Origin: Enoplolaimus lenunculus
Lineage: Eukaryota
Direction: 5' to 3'
Length of the DNA stretch: 64,000 bases
NCBI GenBank assembly: GCA_030248215.1
Contig: JASANG010001649.1
Span: 186,001-250,000 of the forward strand
Of this stretch, positions 58,435 to 64,000 are shown piece after piece. Position numbers and translations under genes: made by a program. Each line of letters begins with the position of its first letter. Position 1 is the stretch's first letter. The notes below the pieces were generated by a model. It was not told where the DNA came from. It was given only the letters and a program-made list of their open reading frames with translations, and ran no database searches.

Positions 58435-61400
58435 CCTACTTCTAATATCGAGAAAACTGGATTAAATTACTTTAAACAAACGAGCCGTATTTTGTAAAGT
58501 TAATAATAAAGCTTTTAACATTTGTTTACCGCTTTTCAATTGTTTAATTCAAATTGTTCAAAACAGATGAAAATTATTATGGTTAAAACGACTTGACTAC
58601 TTGGCCGAAACGCACAATGGCTGCCGCCATTAATTTTAGCAAAATTTGAGCTTACAAAGCTTTAATGTTTGACAACTTTTCTATTATCATCAAAACAATC
58701 AATTAATAATTGATTTTCTACGATTTTGTTGTGCAAAATACCGCATTTTACCGCTTTTATTGCTATTAAAAATCACAGCTCATCAAGGCCTAGGATTGAA
58801 ATAGAAATATTTTTCGTGCTATAAGTAGCCTTAAAAAAACTAGTTACGAGGAAATATTCAGCAGAGTTCTGAAATAAAATCTTCTCAATTTCGCAACAGG
58901 CAAAAGTTAACATCTTTGGTCTCGTTTAAACATTTTCTGACCAAACATTGTAAAAAATTGTAAGTCCTCTGCAGTCAAAAATCAGTCTCTTAGCCAGCCC
59001 AGCCGTATAAAATGGGTCACATTAATTTTATGGGGGGCGTCGTTTATCAGAACTCCAGCAGCAGTAGAAGGCGAGCCGCAGTTAAGCCTTTTGCCAAACC
59101 TTTCCGTTACCAGTCATCCTTCCGGCCATAAAGAAGTCCGGAATGTAGATTTTGGCAAAACCTCGACTGTCACACGTTGGTATACATTTTACTATAAAGA
59201 CGCGGATATCCTGGTACCTGGTGTGCGTTTGTTTTTGCGCGAACAATTAAACAACCTTACTGCAAGCTCGACGTCGAAAATTTCACATCCTCTAGAGATT
59301 CAAGTTAATTAAAATGCAGAGCCACATGTCTTGGCAGAATGTTATTTATGTACATGTTTTCGTCTTGAGTATTTTTTGACTGGCCCCGGTGCCAGTTTTT
59401 TGTACAAACCAATTTTGTTCCAAAATTCCAAATCCAACTTACAGCCGACAAAATCAGAATAAAACTCGTTATTTAAAACATTTTACGCACTGTATCAATG
59501 TATTGTAATAAATATACATGTTCAAAAACAACTGAACGCAAAAAATTGCTTTGAAATTTCAACACTGTTAAATTTTTGCATTTTACACTGAAAAGTTTTT
59601 TATTTCAGACATTAATCGGATCAAAGTTAACGACACTTTAACTATTTTAGACTTGAATCACTCATATTTCAGAAAATATTGTTATAAATTAATAAGATGT
59701 AAATTTTTGACTTGCTATACATTGTCAAAAAATGAAAAATTTGATTTTTTTGTTTTAATTTATGTAAAATACTTAATTGAGTTTCAGCTGCGGCTCACCA
59801 ACTTAAGTTTGCATGTTGGATGCATCTTTAGTTGTACAGTTAGAAAATTAGCTTGAACTTCAGCAATATAACTGATAATTCCAGGTTAATTCATTGTTTT
59901 TAGAATTTTTAACTTGAAAGTCAGCATATCCATGTCTTATATTTCACAGTTTTCTACTGAACAACTGCGAAATAAAGTTTTAAATTTCTGACTTTCAGAT
60001 GATAGTACTTGAAGGCCCAAAGTCTGGAATTCAGCACAAAATCAAGCTTGAGCATAAGCAAAAAATTAGTCGAAGCCTGCGTCTGGTCAATTTGTTTTTC
60101 ATGAAATCAATAAAAAAATTAGGAATAATAATTTATATAACATTAAACTATTCATAATGTTAAGCTACTCCGATGTCTGCCATATATTTCAACCGAGTCG
60201 ACCGCTCTATTTTGACACGATACAGTTAAGAATGCGACGAAATGAAACCTTAATTTATTCAGTCGCTAAAATTTTAGCTTATATATGTCACTTTTACAGT
60301 TTGTAAGGTACAGACAGCGAATGGTTTTGAAACAAAAAGCATATTTTTGGCCACATTTCCCAGACCGAAAGATACACCTTATTAATTTGAAGATATTTAA
60401 AGACGTGCGCTTCACGGGTTTCTGTCGTCTCTGTGTTGTCAATGTTGATTATCTGTTTTGATTAAACGTTTGTGTTCAATCCGCATAGTAGTAGCTTTTA
60501 CAACACAGTTAATGCTCAAAATTGCTGTAAAGTGTTTGTTTCTGAATGAAAGTTTTCCGGTTCGCTAATTTTGAAATGGTTACGATTTCACGGCAAGAAT
60601 TTGAAATTTGAAACGTCACAAATGAAAACTAGGCTATTGGGCATTGCTATGGCGAATATTTTCTGGTCGGCTATGCCGGTTGCATCCTGACCTAAGCCTA
60701 AGCCTAAGCGTAATCGTAAGAATCAGCTTATACCTAAGCCTGAGCCTAAATCTAAGCAAAAAATAGTCTAAACTTTAAGTTTACTCTATTTCAGTCCCAC
60801 AGTAGAATATTCCGCCCTTTACATCGAAAATGAGAAACATGTCGTTATGTTTAGTATTGCAAAGACTATTAGGGAATGCTAAAACTGCTACCAAAACGAT
60901 GATAACAAGAGAATCACATGACATCGTTTCGAACGATTAATTGCCCGAAAAAACTAACCCTGCTTTATACCGTAACCGTGAAATTAATTATTTGGAATTG
61001 AAAGGTATAATATTTATCAAGATTAAAGCAAAATTTTGCTTCCGTATTTTTACTATTATTAATAGCGTCTCTCTCTTGTGCACTTTCCCCAAATATACGC
61101 TTTTTAGCTAAGGCTTAGAAAAAAGGTTTATATGAATATATGACTAAGCCTAATCCTTGGTTTAAGCATTTGCCGAACACCCAAGCGTATTTAAACATAT
61201 GCGTCAATCGTTATGTGGAGCAAGTGTAGGTACCAAAGCCCGAAAAACTGTCGACGAGTTCTTGCAAAGTCATCTCCACACTTCTGAATTGTGTTTGATA
61301 TGAAAGAAACGTGAATACATTTCTGATCAAACAAATCTCAACTCTTACTTTGTTCAGTAGTTGTTTTTTCTAATTAGACGTTATTGAATTTAAGTTGTCA

Positions 61401-62394
61401 AACTCGAAATGTGCATTAGTTTTAAAGTTTACAGTTCATTCAGACTTCAATAAAAATTTGCTAATACAACAGCATATATATATTTACACAAGGGCAACAA
61501 GCAAATATTTAAGTAGGGATTTTTTTGTATATATTTTTCTACGTGACAATTGTGAGGTTTTGTCTGATGGTTTTTCATCAGTTTAGCTGTTGAATTGTTT
61601 GAAAATTCTAAACCACTCGACATAATTTAAAATTTTTTGTGTATATTGCTTAAACACGGCGTTTACTAGCTTCCGAACCGGAACCCACTTCAAAAGGGCT
61701 AATGCTCAGCATATCCATTGAATTTCTGGTAGGTTGTAAAATTTTCGGACTACTTCGTATTTTGGATTAGCTGCGAGATTGTTTCGAGTTCAGGAGTGTA
61801 GGACCGATGTATTTTTGGAGCATCTATTATTTTGTCCCGAAATCATTAGGCTTAGGCTTAGATTGTCACTGTTATGCGACGAATGTCGTACCCGGGAGCG
61901 AAGCTAGAGGAACCAGCAGATTTTGTTGCATTTAATCTGAATTGAGGGTCATTATAGAGCACCTGGCCTCTTATTACTTATGAGGGCACGTGCCCCTGGC
62001 TACTTTTTCTAGTCCGCCTGTGAAGTTTGAGGGGGCACGTAAGGAAGGGGTTTTTCTCAACACTCTGTCGTGATTGACTTATTTTATTTTAGATTATAAA
62101 CACAGGTTTATATACTCAACGCAACACTTAATCACACTTTAATCTTAACTATTTCATCTTTATCTCAATTAATTCATGATTAATTATTAGTATATAAAAA
62201 TAGACTTGCTCGCAGCTCAAATGTGGCTTTAAATTAAATAATATTAAATGTTTGTATTTTTGGAACGAAAGCGACCTCAAAATTTTCCTGATATTAGCAT
62301 TTCACCGCCGGCAGCGGCGTATGCTGGCGCTGCTATACGTCGAAAATACGGTGTTTCTCGACCAAGGTAATCGAGTTCGGGTGTTGCTACACTT

Positions 62395-62583
62395 TTAATG
62401 ACGTCCGACGGTCGTCTGTCACCGTCCGGCGTCGTGTGTCACCGTCCGGCGCCGTCTGTCATATTGTGCACCGTTCGTCGCCGTACGTCACCGTGCGGCA
62501 TCGTACGTAAATTACTCACGTGCGATACCGTATGTCGACGAACAATGACGGATAGCGCTGCACGACAAGTATAGCGCCACCAT
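62395..62583. repeat. Dispersed element with ~20-bp gtcaccgtccggcg subrepeats (relatives ~38655-38820, 29436-29660, 14580-14672)
   Basis: Tandem units visible; tatagcgccacc terminus shared. Confidence 0.6.
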
Positions 62584-64000
62584 TATTTGAATAGAAATTT
62601 ATTTTTTTTGCAGCAAAATTTAAAATTGAAGTTAGGCTGCTCACTGTTCAACGTGTGCTCGATCCTCGTTACGAATAATAAAATAAGTCTAAACTTTGCT
62701 AAAATCTTGGTCGGTATTCTCAAATATGTCTAGCACTTATATATTACCAGTTGGTGATATGTCCTGCAACATTGCAGTCAGTGAATGACGAGCGTCGAAA
62801 TTTAACACATTTCCAAACTTGGCTTGCCCTATATCAGTACGTATTTTGAGATGCGCAACTCCAGGGGTTCCTCAATCTGAAAACGTATCGTTAACTAGTG
62901 ATAGATAGATGCCATACGCATTTAAAAATACGGCTTCTAAAGTTAACCACCTTAATTCTAATCCTAACCGTTATCCTGAGCTTACGTAAATCGTAAGCCA
63001 AAATAAAAACGTCCGGTTCGTCGCCGGAACGCAGCCAAGCTTGTACGCAGTATTGTTTGGCAGAAATTTTAAATCCATGAAATGTTGAAGTATATACTAC
63101 CAAATTAGTATAGTCATTAATACGGTAAGATTAATAATAAATTTAAAATAGAGGTAATGGCACACTAACAACCCAAGTTTAAACCCCGGCGTAAATCGTT
63201 GCAGCACTTAAAACTAAAACTAATGTTATTCTTGCCACAAACATTAATATCTTTGTAGTAGGAGCAATAAAATACATTTGCGTAAGCGTACGTATATAAA
63301 ACGTTCAATCATGAGTGCTGTTTCACAGGTTCAGTCGCATATGCCAGACATCTGCATTTTTTTTCGTTTCATGGTATGAAAAGCGATGTAAAAGTGGGCA
63401 AAGATCTGTTGAGTTCCATTATCTTCCAAAGCTCGCGTTTACCTAAAATCGTTGGATTTAAAATTTTTTTGCATCTGAGCTTTTCATGATCTTCCCTGAT
63501 TATTCCATGCCTTAATTTGAATGTTTGAAAAATCCGGTTTCTTTAAAGTCCCAAGGTCCCCCTGGGTCCCAAATAAAAGCTTGCAAAGCTGAGTCCATTA
63601 GTGTCAAATTTTCCACACTTGACGTCTGGCTAACGAGTTATGGTCAAATAACTGATATGGCAGGCTGCCAACGATTTGGGTCCCGCCAAATCAGATATTT
63701 GACTGTAATTCGCCAACCAATAATTGTCCGATTGCGAAAAATATAACACCATTGGACTCAGCTACGCAAGCTGCGTGAAATGGCATATGATTTGATAAAC
63801 CTTTTGAGAAAAATTTTTTCCTTGGGACCTTAATAAATAATTGAATTTTTCCAAAATTCGAATTTAGGTGTGCAATGATCAGGAAAGGACAAGTGAAGCT
63901 AAAATTTGGAAAAATTTTCAAAATTGAACCATTTTTGGCAAACACGGGCTGGGGGGTTAACGGAAAAGACCCGATTTGTTACCCGGCTGGAACTTGACCC

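Noticed and set aside
60690..60760. Telomere or interstitial telomeric array
   Set aside because: Short degenerate CCTAAG units within a dispersed MITE family.
57000..64000. A fourth protein-coding gene
   Set aside because: No phase-consistent exon chain or recognisable motif found; UTR exons or small exons cannot be excluded.

Overview
AT-rich, intron-rich metazoan genomic DNA. The calpain motifs (PDPNVYE...[11 protein letters not shown]) and a LOA-like LINE suggest an arthropod, but this is inference. Three multi-exon genes could be rebuilt by hand with consistent GT-AG splice phases. (1) + strand, 5'-incomplete CEP170-like gene (18 exons, 521-19007); one exon encodes a 167-Gln tract with 153 uninterrupted CAA codons. 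(2) - strand APMAP/hemomucin-like strictosidine-synthase-like type II membrane protein (9 exons, 35978-24693, ~924 aa) with a ~490-aa Gln-rich C-terminal tail; the repeat pattern continues past the stop, with TAA where Gln would be expected. (3) + strand classical calpain (17 exons, 42519-56243, ~994 aa) with an intact C-H-N triad, a long N-terminal extension and partly degenerate Ca2+-binding elements. Introns and intergenic DNA hold many MITE families, a tRNA-derived SINE head and two decayed LINE fragments. One LINE fragment is flanked by a ~730-bp direct duplication inside a foldback element. No gene could be supported in 57000-64000.
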